Positions 25,793-34,972 of a stretch of DNA of 39,394 nucleotides are shown one piece after another (within the stretch, counting starts at the first letter, position 1; the number at the start of each line of letters is the position of its first letter). Source of the stretch: a virus. Its lineage: Duplodnaviria > Caudoviricetes. The notes under the pieces were generated by a model. That model ran no database searches, had not been told where the DNA came from, and saw only the letters and a program-made list of their open reading frames with translations. Location: positions 1 through 39,394 of the IMG/VR virus record IMGVR_UViG_3300008255_000056; one strand, written 5' to 3'. The translations under genes were made by a program, and so were the position numbers.

Positions 25793-26194
25793 ATGGAAAA
25801 AATTTTCATACCAGGCAACACACCAAGTTCCAAGAACTCTAAGTTTTGGACTGGAAAATTCCTCATCTCAAACAAAACTACATTGAAGTTCCGTGACAAC
25901 ACGGAGGAGCACTTCATGGTAAACAAAAGAAAATTCAAAAGAATGTTCCAACAAGAGAAGCCCCCATTCATTGTTGGCTTCTTTTTTGTGAGAGACAGCA
26001 AAAGAAGATTTGACTATGTGAATATCGTCCAGGTGATTGCCGACCTAATGGTGAAGTTCGGATGGATGGAAGATGACAATGCCGACTTCTTTGTTCCAGT
26101 GTTCTTGGGGTATAAGGTTGACAAGCTCAACCCAGGTGTGGAGATAACAAACGCTTTGATAAGTTATCCCAAATATAAAGTAGAAGCCGTCTAG
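25793..26194 (+). CDS. rusA: RusA-like Holliday junction resolvase
   Basis: PSSKN, RRFDYVNIVQVIADLMVK and WMEDDN match the RusA D-x-x-N / D / DD layout. Confidence 0.75.
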   Translation: MEKIFIPGNTPSSKNSKFWTGKFLISNKTTLKFRDNTEEHFMVNKRKFKRMFQQEKPPFIVGFFFVRDSKRRFDYVNIVQVIADLMVKFGWMEDDNADFFVPVFLGYKVDKLNPGVEITNALISYPKYKVEAV

Positions 26195-26222
26195 GACAAT
26201 CGTAGTGGCAAGTCGTGCCTAA

Positions 26223-26528
26223 TTAGAATCTCAATAGACCCTTCTCTACAAAATCTGAGCCTATTTCTTTTCCTAAGTTGTGAGCGGCTCTATCAATTCC
26301 CTTGAAAAATGCTATTGCTCCAGCAACTGCGGCAATTTTCCAGTCAAGGTTGAATTGTCCAGTGGTGAGAATGGTTTCCAACTGTGGCATGATGACAGCG
26401 ATGGCGGCGATGATGCCAACACGGAGAGATTCTTTTATAGTGTCTTGGACAAAATCAATGAGAAGCATCAGTTTCTCTTTGTGGTTGTCGTAGTTGAGGA
26501 AATCCTCAATGATTTTTGGTAGTTTCAT
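26223..26528 (-). CDS. Holin-like membrane protein (start corrected to MKLPKII at 26528)
   Basis: Two TM segments; coupled to the endolysin stop. Confidence 0.6.
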   Translation of the reverse strand: MKLPKIIEDFLNYDNHKEKLMLLIDFVQDTIKESLRVGIIAAIAVIMPQLETILTTGQFNLDWKIAAVAGAIAFFKGIDRAAHNLGKEIGSDFVEKGLLRF

Positions 26529-27355
26529 TTTTTGTTTGCCTTTCTGGTTTCCCATAATTTTTTAACACCAAGTGAGATGAGTTGCCCTGCGGTGTATTTG
26601 TCCACCTGGGACAGCAGAGCTTTCTCGTAAAGACCTTTGTAGGGTTTGTAATACTCAACATCTGCCAGTGCTTTTTGATTTTCTGCCTTTATCACTTTCA
26701 AATCTTTGGTGACAGAAGCCAAGTCTTTATCTTTTTGTCCGATAGATAGGCTCAAATCGTCCACAGTTTTTGACAAATCTTTCTGGTAGGTTTCCAAATC
26801 CTCTAATTTTTTCTTCATATTTGGAATGTCTGCCAAGGCTCCGAACGCTTCTCGGACCATTCCCTCGGTTGCTGACTTCTCTTTTAGGAAGTTGATGATG
26901 TTTTGTTCTTCTTGTGTCATGGTTGGTTTTGTCTCCACAGCTGGAGTGGTTAGTAATTTGCTCTGGTCAATGAAACCTCCGTAGCCATTAGCTCTGTCTC
27001 GGGGTAAAAGATAATATCCCCAATGACAGTGAGGTCCAGTTGAATATCCTGTATTGTCTGAAATCGCAATCAATTGTCCTTCGGAAACAATATCTCCGAC
27101 TTTTACTTTGAGTTCTTTGTTGTGACCAAGGACTGAACCCTCTTTGTCATTTTCAATTTTGAGATACCATCCGTAGCCATCAGCATCAAGAGCCGCCTCA
27201 ATTACTTTTCCTGCGTGAGGGGCAATTATCTCGGTTCCACTAGGCAAAGCCCAGTCCATTCCATTGTGTCCCTTGTAGTTGTATTTGGCATACATGTCGG
27301 GATTTGCTCCGAAAGACTGAGATAATCTGAAGTCACCTTTGAAGGGTTTAATCAT
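26525..27355 (-). CDS. Endolysin: M23 peptidase with C-terminal coiled coil
   Basis: HNGMD (HxxxD) and STGPHCHW (HxH); has its own TGaTATACT-6-ATG promoter. Confidence 0.88.
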   Translation of the reverse strand: MIKPFKGDFRLSQSFGANPDMYAKYNYKGHNGMDWALPSGTEIIAPHAGKVIEAALDADGYGWYLKIENDKEGSVLGHNKELKVKVGDIVSEGQLIAISDNTGYSTGPHCHWGYYLLPRDRANGYGGFIDQSKLLTTPAVETKPTMTQEEQNIINFLKEKSATEGMVREAFGALADIPNMKKKLEDLETYQKDLSKTVDDLSLSIGQKDKDLASVTKDLKVIKAENQKALADVEYYKPYKGLYEKALLSQVDKYTAGQLISLGVKKLWETRKANKK

Positions 27356-27367
27356 AGTTACAGTATA

Positions 27368-27700
27368 TCATTTTGTATTTTTCATCCCTTTGTCCAAGCT
27401 CATCTCTCTGAATTTTGACATATTTTTATATACGAAGTAAGCGGGAATAACAAGGGTGGACTTCAAGAAATCTGACCAAAAGTTGTTCAGGTGATTGGTA
27501 AAAGAGACAATCGCCAGTGTCACAAAAATACAACTGATACTGAAAAACAGTATTTCAAGTGAGGCAATAATAGGACTCTTTTTCATTTCTGTGCTTGCCA
27601 TTTTATATAGTCTTCCTAGAAAGTAGGACTCAAAAGCAACCATTAAAAAGACCCCTGCTCTTACCACATCAAGGAATTGGAATATGGGGGATGAGTTCAT
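27368..27700 (-). CDS. Membrane protein (about 3 TM), lysis module
   Basis: Hydrophobic segments; upstream of the endolysin. Confidence 0.55.
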   Translation of the reverse strand: MNSSPIFQFLDVVRAGVFLMVAFESYFLGRLYKMASTEMKKSPIIASLEILFFSISCIFVTLAIVSFTNHLNNFWSDFLKSTLVIPAYFVYKNMSKFREMSLDKGMKNTK

Positions 27701-27986
27701 TTGCTTTCTCTACACCTGCTAATATGATGATGGAAACGACCAGCAAGAAAGTAATTATTTTCCAAAACCTCATGTCTTTATTCATTTGCCCTACTGTGGC
27801 TTCAAAAACTTTTACTGCTTGTGCGTTGGCTTTGGAATTTTCTTCCAGAGCTGTTCTGTGAAGAACATTATTGTCGTTCAACGACTCCAAGGAAGTATTG
27901 ATGCGAGTCATAAACTCAATGAATTTAGCATTTTCAGCTATGTATCTATTGAGGAACTCGTTCTGGACAACATCGTTGGTGCTCAT
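27669..27986 (-). CDS. Coiled-coil protein with C-terminal TM (XhlA/holin-like)
   Basis: Helical N-terminus plus the FWKIITFLLVVSIIILAG segment. Confidence 0.55.
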   Translation of the reverse strand: MSTNDVVQNEFLNRYIAENAKFIEFMTRINTSLESLNDNNVLHRTALEENSKANAQAVKVFEATVGQMNKDMRFWKIITFLLVVSIIILAGVEKANELIPHIPIP

Positions 27987-27989
27987 ATT

Positions 27990-29150
27990 TTACCCTACAA
28001 ACATTGTTAGTAACCCCGCTCCGCCTGATGCCTCTACCAAAGTAGCATCTGACACATCTGTAAAGGTGGGGTTGGTAGTTCCTGTAACACTTCCAGAATG
28101 GTGAACGGCAATACGACCGACTGAACCAGCTCCGCCTGAGCCTCCCTGATTGGCTCCATTCAATCCACCAGAACCACCTGTTGCTGTTGCTTGATTTGTC
28201 CCAAGAGTTCCCGTAGAACATACCATTAAAATACTTCCACCAGCACCACCTCCACCACCACCAGAGTATTTGTATGGGTCTGGTAATCCGTTTTGACTCG
28301 TCCCAGCGTTACCATTCATAACAACTCCAGCACTCAGGGTTATTGATTTTGAAATTAAAATAGAGATAGCTCCTCCATTTCCACCAGCACCACCAGCACC
28401 AGAATCACCATTATCGTTTCCTCCAGAACCACCTCCACCACCAGGAGTTGCTGTTATTAAGTCGGTTGACCCGACAGCTGAGCCACCAGTTCCAACAGCT
28501 GAACCGCCACCACCAGAACCATTTGTTCCAGCGGCACTGTTTCCACCTCCACCACCACCAGCACCATCGTTAGTTGAACCACCACCTCCACCACCATTTC
28601 CATTTGCGGCAGTAGAGCCAGTTCCACGAGGACCAGCCGTTCCCTCACCCTGATTTCCAATGTTACCACCACCAGACTCGTTCGTTGCTGAACCGAGATA
28701 ACCTAATCCCGTTCCAGTCAGAGCTCCTCCAACTGTGATGCTTGTTTTTGCTACGAAAGCTACAACTCCACCAACAGAACCATTCCATGCCGTCAGACTA
28801 AAAGCGTTTACAGTAAGAGCATCATATTGGGTTAGTTTTATTATTTGTGCTCCAGCCACATAGCTGTAATTCATGTTTACAGACATAACCAGTGAGGTTG
28901 AGCCACCACCAGACAACACTTTGTTTATTTCCCACTGACCAGCTCCTGTGCCCCTAGTTTGGTGAATCAACACCAAATCTCCATTAGCAAAAGAAGTAGA
29001 ACCAGCTGTTAGGTTTGGAGAACCTGCCGTAGCGGTAGCTGTTGCTACAGTTGGGTGTGCAGAAATAGTAGCGTTTCCAGCAGAGCCATCACCCCAGGGC
29101 TTCCCTGGTATTACTCTGTCTATTCTTTGCCAAGCGTTTAATACTGCCAT
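27990..29150 (-). CDS. Glycine-rich tail fibre / receptor-binding protein
   Basis: Repeated GGGGG / GGAGG loops; position after the fibre gene. Confidence 0.7.
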   Translation of the reverse strand: MAVLNAWQRIDRVIPGKPWGDGSAGNATISAHPTVATATATAGSPNLTAGSTSFANGDLVLIHQTRGTGAGQWEINKVLSGGGSTSLVMSVNMNYSYVAGAQIIKLTQYDALTVNAFSLTAWNGSVGGVVAFVAKTSITVGGALTGTGLGYLGSATNESGGGNIGNQGEGTAGPRGTGSTAANGNGGGGGGSTNDGAGGGGGGNSAAGTNGSGGGGSAVGTGGSAVGSTDLITATPGGGGGSGGNDNGDSGAGGAGGNGGAISILISKSITLSAGVVMNGNAGTSQNGLPDPYKYSGGGGGGAGGSILMVCSTGTLGTNQATATGGSGGLNGANQGGSGGAGSVGRIAVHHSGSVTGTTNPTFTDVSDATLVEASGGAGLLTMFVG

Positions 29151-29156
29151 AGTTTT

Positions 29157-30284
29157 TTAGATATTTTGACCAATAATAAATCCTTGATAGGCTCCAGAGC
29201 CAGTGACGATGAAGCCAAAAGTATCAGCCTTATTCAAAGTGGTAGTGAGTGTAGGAGCAGAGCCACCAGCCCAGGAAATTCCTGAGAACCAAGTGACAGT
29301 TCTCGAGCCAGTTCCATCTTGTTTTAGGGTGATAAGAAAAACCTGACCGATTTTATCATTTGAAATAGCAAGAGTTCTGTTTCCACCAAGAGTGACTGAG
29401 TGTTTTCCTGTGACTGAAACATCAAAGGTGACTGTAGCTCCGTCAGTGTCGGCAGTAATGTCGCCATAGACAGAGTTGATTTTTGGAATACCAGTTCCCT
29501 TACCATCAATTACCAGGTCAATGTCCGTGTCATCTCCGACAGCCTCAATTTTAGGAGCCTCAGTTGTAATGGCGTTGGTTACTTTGACATGGTTTACAGC
29601 ACTAGCCGTGGCTGGTGTTTCAACAATTTCATTCCCATTAGTGTCAGCAATTGCGGTTCCAATTTTTGGAGAGGTAAGGGTCTTGTTGACCAGCGTTTGG
29701 ACTCCAGACAGTGTGACGAATTGGTCGGCGGCGTTGATTGGTTGAATAGCGAGTTCCACTGAGGAAACTGTGGTAGGAACAGTTCCACCAGTCACATTGA
29801 CTGTGGTGACATTAGCTCCGTAGGATGAGCTTACAACCGCACAGATGACAGAGCCACTGAGCCTGACAATTCTTCCTGCGGTAAAGTAGGCTGTCTCATC
29901 GGCTCCAGTGATAGTGAAAGTGTCAGCATCAACTTTGGCAAAATCGTAAGTGGCATCTTCTGTGAGAAAACCACTCTCCAGGGCATCAACTACTTCTTGC
30001 CAGTGGGAGGAGGTGAATTTTTCTTTGTAAGCAGTATTTTGAGCGTGCTCAATACCAACACCTCCATTGTTCACACCTCTCTCAATTGTGATTATGTTTC
30101 CAGATACGCCAGTAACTCTAGTAAGCTCAGCATTGTCACTACCAGGCTCAAACTCTAGGTAGGTAGGTAGTCTTGTGGCATCTGGGGGAGTGGAGATTGT
30201 GGCTGATGTAGCTGAATCCGACAATTGAGCAGAAAGGGTTCCGCTTAGAAGTCTCTCTGATTGTGGTAAATGCTTTAGTGACAT
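29157..30284 (-). CDS. Tail fibre / spike protein
   Basis: Thr/Gly-rich; QTLVNKTLTSP repeat and C-terminal VTLGGNRTL..LKQDGTGSRTVTW domain. Confidence 0.7.
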   Translation of the reverse strand: MSLKHLPQSERLLSGTLSAQLSDSATSATISTPPDATRLPTYLEFEPGSDNAELTRVTGVSGNIITIERGVNNGGVGIEHAQNTAYKEKFTSSHWQEVVDALESGFLTEDATYDFAKVDADTFTITGADETAYFTAGRIVRLSGSVICAVVSSSYGANVTTVNVTGGTVPTTVSSVELAIQPINAADQFVTLSGVQTLVNKTLTSPKIGTAIADTNGNEIVETPATASAVNHVKVTNAITTEAPKIEAVGDDTDIDLVIDGKGTGIPKINSVYGDITADTDGATVTFDVSVTGKHSVTLGGNRTLAISNDKIGQVFLITLKQDGTGSRTVTWFSGISWAGGSAPTLTTTLNKADTFGFIVTGSGAYQGFIIGQNI

Positions 30285-30307
30285 AGGCTTATTAGATAAT
30301 TTTCAAG

Positions 30308-32233
30308 TTAAATAATCAATTCATCCCTCCTGTTGTCAGGGTCTTCCATTTCGTAGAAGCCAGACATGGTTTGGACAATAATGTGGTTGTCAGAATTTCC
30401 TGTGACCTCAAACTGGTGATAGATGGAGTAGGCTTCAAAATACATTTCTTTTTCCAAAAGTTGTTGAGCATCGGGAACACTGGTAATTTCGGTTCCTTCG
30501 TCAAACATAAACTCGTCAAACATTCCCTCACCAATACCTCCAGCTGACTGGTAAGAAACCGCAGTCTCGTCAACCAAAGAGGCACCATCTTTGAAGGTCG
30601 TGAAAGTGAGCCTCCCCACTGGATTTTTAAGTTTCGTGGTAGTCGTGGTGAAATACTTCAAGATGGTATCTTCTCCACCATCTACTCTCTTTACCCTCAA
30701 AAGACTCTCAATGCTGGCTCCGTCATCATCGTAGGTTCCGTCCACAAGGATTTGATACACCTTTCCTGTTCCGCTTTGGGCAGCAAATAACATTTGTTTT
30801 CCAGTTGATTTATCCCAAGTCGTGAAGCCACTGAAGTTCTGATTGTCCCACTTACCAAGGAACGCCAAATACCTTCTGTCGTAAGGATACGAAACCTCTC
30901 CGTTACACAAAATAAACTTTTGTTCAAAGAAAGAGGCTTTGAATACTGACATATCCGTTTTCTCCAAAGCATCAAGTTGTGGCTGGATTCTGTTGCTGAT
31001 GTCGGAAGTTCGGATAACATTGAGCTGGGTAGGTTCGTAGCCAAGGATTCTGTAGCGACCATCGGTTCCGAGGAACACCACATCTTTTTCCATCCTTTGA
31101 ACTGAATCTGGAGAGCTAGTGCCATATTGAGGAATGACAGCGGTAAGCGTGGGACCACCATCAGAACCAAAGACAAATTTCCAAATAGAGTTTTCCTTGA
31201 AAATAAATAAGAAATCTTCAAATCCAATCATAGCTGTAACCCTGTCTCCATCTCCTCTACCTGGCTTCACCCAGCCACCATTGTCTGAAGGAGAGAAGCT
31301 CTCCCAATTGCTTCCAGTTCCTCCATAGAACACAGTGTCTGGTTCCTGAAGGTTTCCACCAACAAAAAGTGTGTTGGCGTATTTGGCAAAAATGTTGCCT
31401 TTGACACCACCTGTAGTGTTGAAAGTAGGAGCCTCGTATATGAGAGAGCGAGTCTCGACACCATCATCAACAAAGGACATCGTAGCTCCTGATGCTTGTT
31501 GGTCAATGAAGGTGAGAAGGGTCATGGTGCTCCCCTTACTAGATTTGTAGATATTGTAGCCTTTGACATCCGCATCGGTTTTTCTATCCCAAGTGGAAGT
31601 AATTTTGTTGGTTGCGGTCAAAACCGAAGGACCAAAGAGAGAGATTGTGTTGCTTAGCTCTGTTTCTCCAACATCTGTGACAGCGGTGATTCCATACTCA
31701 TATTCGGTATCAACAGCTCCTGCGGCTAGAACAGCAGAGTTTAGGGTGACGGCAGTGACATTGTTCCACTCGGTGATAGCACTTCCGTCAGTTTTTGCCA
31801 TGTAGTCAACTCCGTTTCCAAAGTAGAAGAAGCCTCTGAGAAGAACTCCACGCATGAAAGCTGTAGTGTCCCAGGTCTTTGTATTGTCAATTTCAGTAGC
31901 GACACCTCCTGAGTTCACGCTGTAAAGTCTGCCGTCAAACATCACGAGCATGACATTCACATTTGTAATAGGGTCTTTGTAGATTCCAAAACCATTGAAA
32001 TTCGTGGCTCCACCGACTTGGGTAAAAAGCCTTCTACCTCTTCGGGGAAGACGAACGGAAGAACGACCAGTAAGCTCAATGTTTACGCCATCGTAGAACT
32101 CGTTGTCACGAATTTCGTTATCTTCAGCGAATGAGTTTTGTCCTCTTTGCCAGCCATCATATTTCCAGGCTCTCAATTTGGGAGAACCTCCGATTCGTCC
32201 TGCGTAATATGAAGCTCCATTTCCTAATGCCAT
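30308..32233 (-). CDS. Tail nozzle / stabilization protein (P22 gp10 / T7 gp12-like beta-propeller)
   Basis: 641 aa, beta-rich, with FLFIFKENSIW and DISNRIQP patterns and an FN3-like insert; follows the adaptor. Confidence 0.7.
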   Translation of the reverse strand: MALGNGASYYAGRIGGSPKLRAWKYDGWQRGQNSFAEDNEIRDNEFYDGVNIELTGRSSVRLPRRGRRLFTQVGGATNFNGFGIYKDPITNVNVMLVMFDGRLYSVNSGGVATEIDNTKTWDTTAFMRGVLLRGFFYFGNGVDYMAKTDGSAITEWNNVTAVTLNSAVLAAGAVDTEYEYGITAVTDVGETELSNTISLFGPSVLTATNKITSTWDRKTDADVKGYNIYKSSKGSTMTLLTFIDQQASGATMSFVDDGVETRSLIYEAPTFNTTGGVKGNIFAKYANTLFVGGNLQEPDTVFYGGTGSNWESFSPSDNGGWVKPGRGDGDRVTAMIGFEDFLFIFKENSIWKFVFGSDGGPTLTAVIPQYGTSSPDSVQRMEKDVVFLGTDGRYRILGYEPTQLNVIRTSDISNRIQPQLDALEKTDMSVFKASFFEQKFILCNGEVSYPYDRRYLAFLGKWDNQNFSGFTTWDKSTGKQMLFAAQSGTGKVYQILVDGTYDDDGASIESLLRVKRVDGGEDTILKYFTTTTTKLKNPVGRLTFTTFKDGASLVDETAVSYQSAGGIGEGMFDEFMFDEGTEITSVPDAQQLLEKEMYFEAYSIYHQFEVTGNSDNHIIVQTMSGFYEMEDPDNRRDELII

Positions 32234-32266
32234 GCTCCAATTTTACAATTTTTGGGAAAGAATAAG

Positions 32267-32920
32267 TTAAACAGGATAATTTCTCTGGTATCTGACATAG
32301 CCCATGAGGGGCGTAACCCTCTTAGGAAGGTCTCTCATCTTGTTTGAGGCGTTCATCATCACGACCTTCTCTTTAGCGGCTTGGTAGTCAATAAGGGCGT
32401 TCCTGGCATCAAACCTCTGCCTCTTCCCATCGTGGATTACAGCTTTTGCGGCGAGAGTAATAGCGTCAAGAGCATCTTCTGGAATGGAGATGTTTAGAGT
32501 TTCGGTAGAGTTTGCGGGGGTAATGAAGGTAGCGTAGTAAATGACCTCAACTGATTCAGTTCCATCAATCGTGTCAAAAAATCCGAGGGTCTTGGCATCT
32601 TCAGAAAGCCAGACAGCACTACTGGCAACCTGACTTTTTTGGTCAGCTGAGAGTGGGGTGAACTTTTTTCCACCTACCCACACAGAGTCAAGACCCCAAA
32701 GCTGATTGTAGTCAGAAATGAGAGTCTCAAGGTTGTATTCTTGGACACCAGATGTGGTGGTAAGAGTGTAAGTTTTTTTAGCCCAATTGAATTTAGCTTC
32801 AGTTAGAAGTTGTCTGACACCATCAACTGCCGCCGAGATTCTTTTTGCTGTCGTGTCAGTAGAACCTTCGTTCAGTTTGTAGGAAATTTTCTGGAGAACT
32901 GGCTCAATAGTAGTTATCAT
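32267..32920 (-). CDS. Head-tail adaptor protein
   Basis: Helical N-terminus, FNWAKK..LTTTSGVQEYNL, IPED..DAI; position between capsid and nozzle genes. Confidence 0.65.
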   Translation of the reverse strand: MITTIEPVLQKISYKLNEGSTDTTAKRISAAVDGVRQLLTEAKFNWAKKTYTLTTTSGVQEYNLETLISDYNQLWGLDSVWVGGKKFTPLSADQKSQVASSAVWLSEDAKTLGFFDTIDGTESVEVIYYATFITPANSTETLNISIPEDALDAITLAAKAVIHDGKRQRFDARNALIDYQAAKEKVVMMNASNKMRDLPKRVTPLMGYVRYQRNYPV

Positions 32921-32955
32921 ACTAGAGCAATTGTATAATTTTTAGTCCAAACAAA

Positions 32956-33327
32956 CTACTCGACTACATCCTCGCCGTTCTGTTTGTGCTTACCCATCAT
33001 GTGAAGTCGAAGACCAGCTTCGTTTTTAGCCTTGAAAGCACACATCGGACAGGAGGTAAGAAGTTGATTCACCGAAACCTCTTCAGCCTTCTTCTCCATC
33101 ATTCCAGTTTCGTTGGGGGTGACATCATCTTGGCTTCTGAAATCAATACCAAAGTCCTTGTGAGACTTCAAGCCTTTGATTATTTTTGGGTCAAAAGTTT
33201 CGTAGCGATATTCCTCAAAAACACACTTGATACCAGGGACAATCATCCTGTTGCCAAAAGCATCAATCTGGATTCTCTGTGGCATGAGAACAATTTTGTG
33301 TTTGCGGAAGTGAGAAATGAATATCAT
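32956..33327 (-). CDS. Protein with C-terminal classical C2H2 zinc finger
   Basis: CPMCAFKAKNEAGLRLHMMGKH is C-x2-C-x12-H-x4-H. Confidence 0.7.
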   Translation of the reverse strand: MIFISHFRKHKIVLMPQRIQIDAFGNRMIVPGIKCVFEEYRYETFDPKIIKGLKSHKDFGIDFRSQDDVTPNETGMMEKKAEEVSVNQLLTSCPMCAFKAKNEAGLRLHMMGKHKQNGEDVVE

Positions 33328-33332
33328 ATTTT

Positions 33333-33611
33333 TTATTGCTCGACTGAGTATTCAACTAATTTAGCCATCTCTTCTGGAGCCATGTCATTGAGGAATTTCT
33401 TGAAAGCAAAAATTGCTTTTCCAGGGTTGTTTAGATAAACTTCCTGCTCACTTGAACTTAATTCGGAAACGAACATTTTGTAGACTTCAGCGAGAGGTCC
33501 TTGGAGAACAATCTCAGAAGGAACAACTTCCTCCACGAGAGCTTCTTCTACTTGGACTTCGGGAACAATGACTTCTTCTTCTACTGGTTTGGTAACTTTT
33601 TTCTTTGACAT
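33333..33611 (-). CDS. Hypothetical acidic protein (start corrected to MSKKKVT at 33611)
   Basis: Promoter TTGACA-17-TAGTAT upstream, with an A-rich leader. Confidence 0.6.
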   Translation of the reverse strand: MSKKKVTKPVEEEVIVPEVQVEEALVEEVVPSEIVLQGPLAEVYKMFVSELSSSEQEVYLNNPGKAIFAFKKFLNDMAPEEMAKLVEYSVEQ

Positions 33612-33679
33612 TTTGATTGTGTGATTAGTAATCAATCTAGTTACATACTACATTTCCTAAATAACTTTGTCAAATCACG

Positions 33680-33705
33680 AAAAAGCCCCTCACTGCTAAG
33701 GGGCT
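33680..33705 (-). terminator. Rho-independent terminator after the major capsid gene
   Basis: Minus strand AGCCCCT-TAGCAGTG-AGGGGCT-TTTT. Confidence 0.85.
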
Positions 33706-33729
33706 CAATCGGTGACTCGTTCTTACGAA

Positions 33730-34890
33730 CTAGGCGGCGTAGGATGTGACTCCTTTGATGTAGCCATGTCTGTTCTCAAGCATGAATTGGAATCCAGCTT
33801 CAGTAAGATATTCTTCTTTCAAAAGGTCATCTCCAGCGGTTTGTCTGTTCTTCAAAAGCTGAGTGTCTCGGTTCTTGGAGTTTCCACCAAGGTAGCGATA
33901 TTGGATGAGAGACATATCAACTGCGAACAGGTAGCCATTCCAGGTCGTGTTTTCGCCCAAGATTCTTTCAAGGGTGAAGTCAAGACTGCCGTGGACGGAG
34001 AGGTAGTTGGTGATAGCGATTCCGTAGGTTTTATCCTTGGGGAACATATTCAACTTGCCTTTAGCCCAACTGTTGATGGCTGAACCTAGAAGAGGAGAAG
34101 CGAAGCCCATCTTTTTGTCTCCACCAGCTTGGAAGATGTCGGAGATAAAGTCTTCAAACTCTGCTTCTGTCAATTGGGATTCAGTCGTCACATTTGTGGA
34201 AATGTGGGAGCGAAGACCACCAGTAGCACGAATTGGTTGAGCTCCAGAAGTGTCTTCTTTGGCTTGACCAAACAAGGCAGACCTTTCCATATCCTTCATG
34301 TGGATTTGGAGGTTTTCTCTTCGGAGACCAGCGAGGTCGGATTTCTCAGCTAACAGTTCGGTAGCATCATCAGTTTCGGTGACAGCAAATGGCTCACGGA
34401 AAATCTGAGTATAGTTGACCACTTTCGCAGAATTACTGGAAAGAACTGCTCTGATAGAAGCACCTTCAGCGTTGGCGTTACCAATGATACATAGGACATC
34501 ATTGTCGGTAACAGTCGTAGCGGAAGTAGCACCCCATCCTCTGGAAACTGTGAGGTCGTTGGTAGAGATTGAGCTAACTCTCATCTGCTCATTGGTGCTG
34601 ACATCAAGAACGACATCACCAGCTCGGAATTTTGTTCCGTCATCAACAGCAATTGTGGTTGCTCCTGAAGTGTAGTTGGTTGCGTAATTGACCGCATCAT
34701 AGCGGGAAGGAGACTGTTTCTCAAAGTGACGATACTCTGGGTCTACAGTTTTTACTTTTTTTAATTTTCTCGCAAAAAACGCTAAGGTAGCATAATCTGG
34801 GTCAATCATCCAGATTTTGTCACTTACATCAGGCTGTCTTTGGTCCTGATTTATGTTTTCTGTTCCACGAGTTGTTTGAACTAGTGCCAT
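33730..34890 (-). CDS. Major capsid protein (HK97 fold, DUF5309/SU10-like)
   Basis: DVSDKIWMIDP, NYTQIFREPFAVT, HMKDMERSALFG and RATGGLR; lies after the scaffold and before a terminator. Confidence 0.88.
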   Translation of the reverse strand: MALVQTTRGTENINQDQRQPDVSDKIWMIDPDYATLAFFARKLKKVKTVDPEYRHFEKQSPSRYDAVNYATNYTSGATTIAVDDGTKFRAGDVVLDVSTNEQMRVSSISTNDLTVSRGWGATSATTVTDNDVLCIIGNANAEGASIRAVLSSNSAKVVNYTQIFREPFAVTETDDATELLAEKSDLAGLRRENLQIHMKDMERSALFGQAKEDTSGAQPIRATGGLRSHISTNVTTESQLTEAEFEDFISDIFQAGGDKKMGFASPLLGSAINSWAKGKLNMFPKDKTYGIAITNYLSVHGSLDFTLERILGENTTWNGYLFAVDMSLIQYRYLGGNSKNRDTQLLKNRQTAGDDLLKEEYLTEAGFQFMLENRHGYIKGVTSYAA

Positions 34891-34972
34891 AGGATTTATA
34901 TTTTCCTAATTAGTAATAGCTCTATTGGATAATTGTGTGAAACAAAATGTCAACAGGGGGTCTAGCCTCAGT

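Noticed and set aside
27990-30284. Diversity-generating retroelement or invertible tail-fibre cassette
   Set aside because: No reverse transcriptase, invertase or TR/VR repeat pair was seen; the Gly-rich repeats are ordinary coding low complexity.
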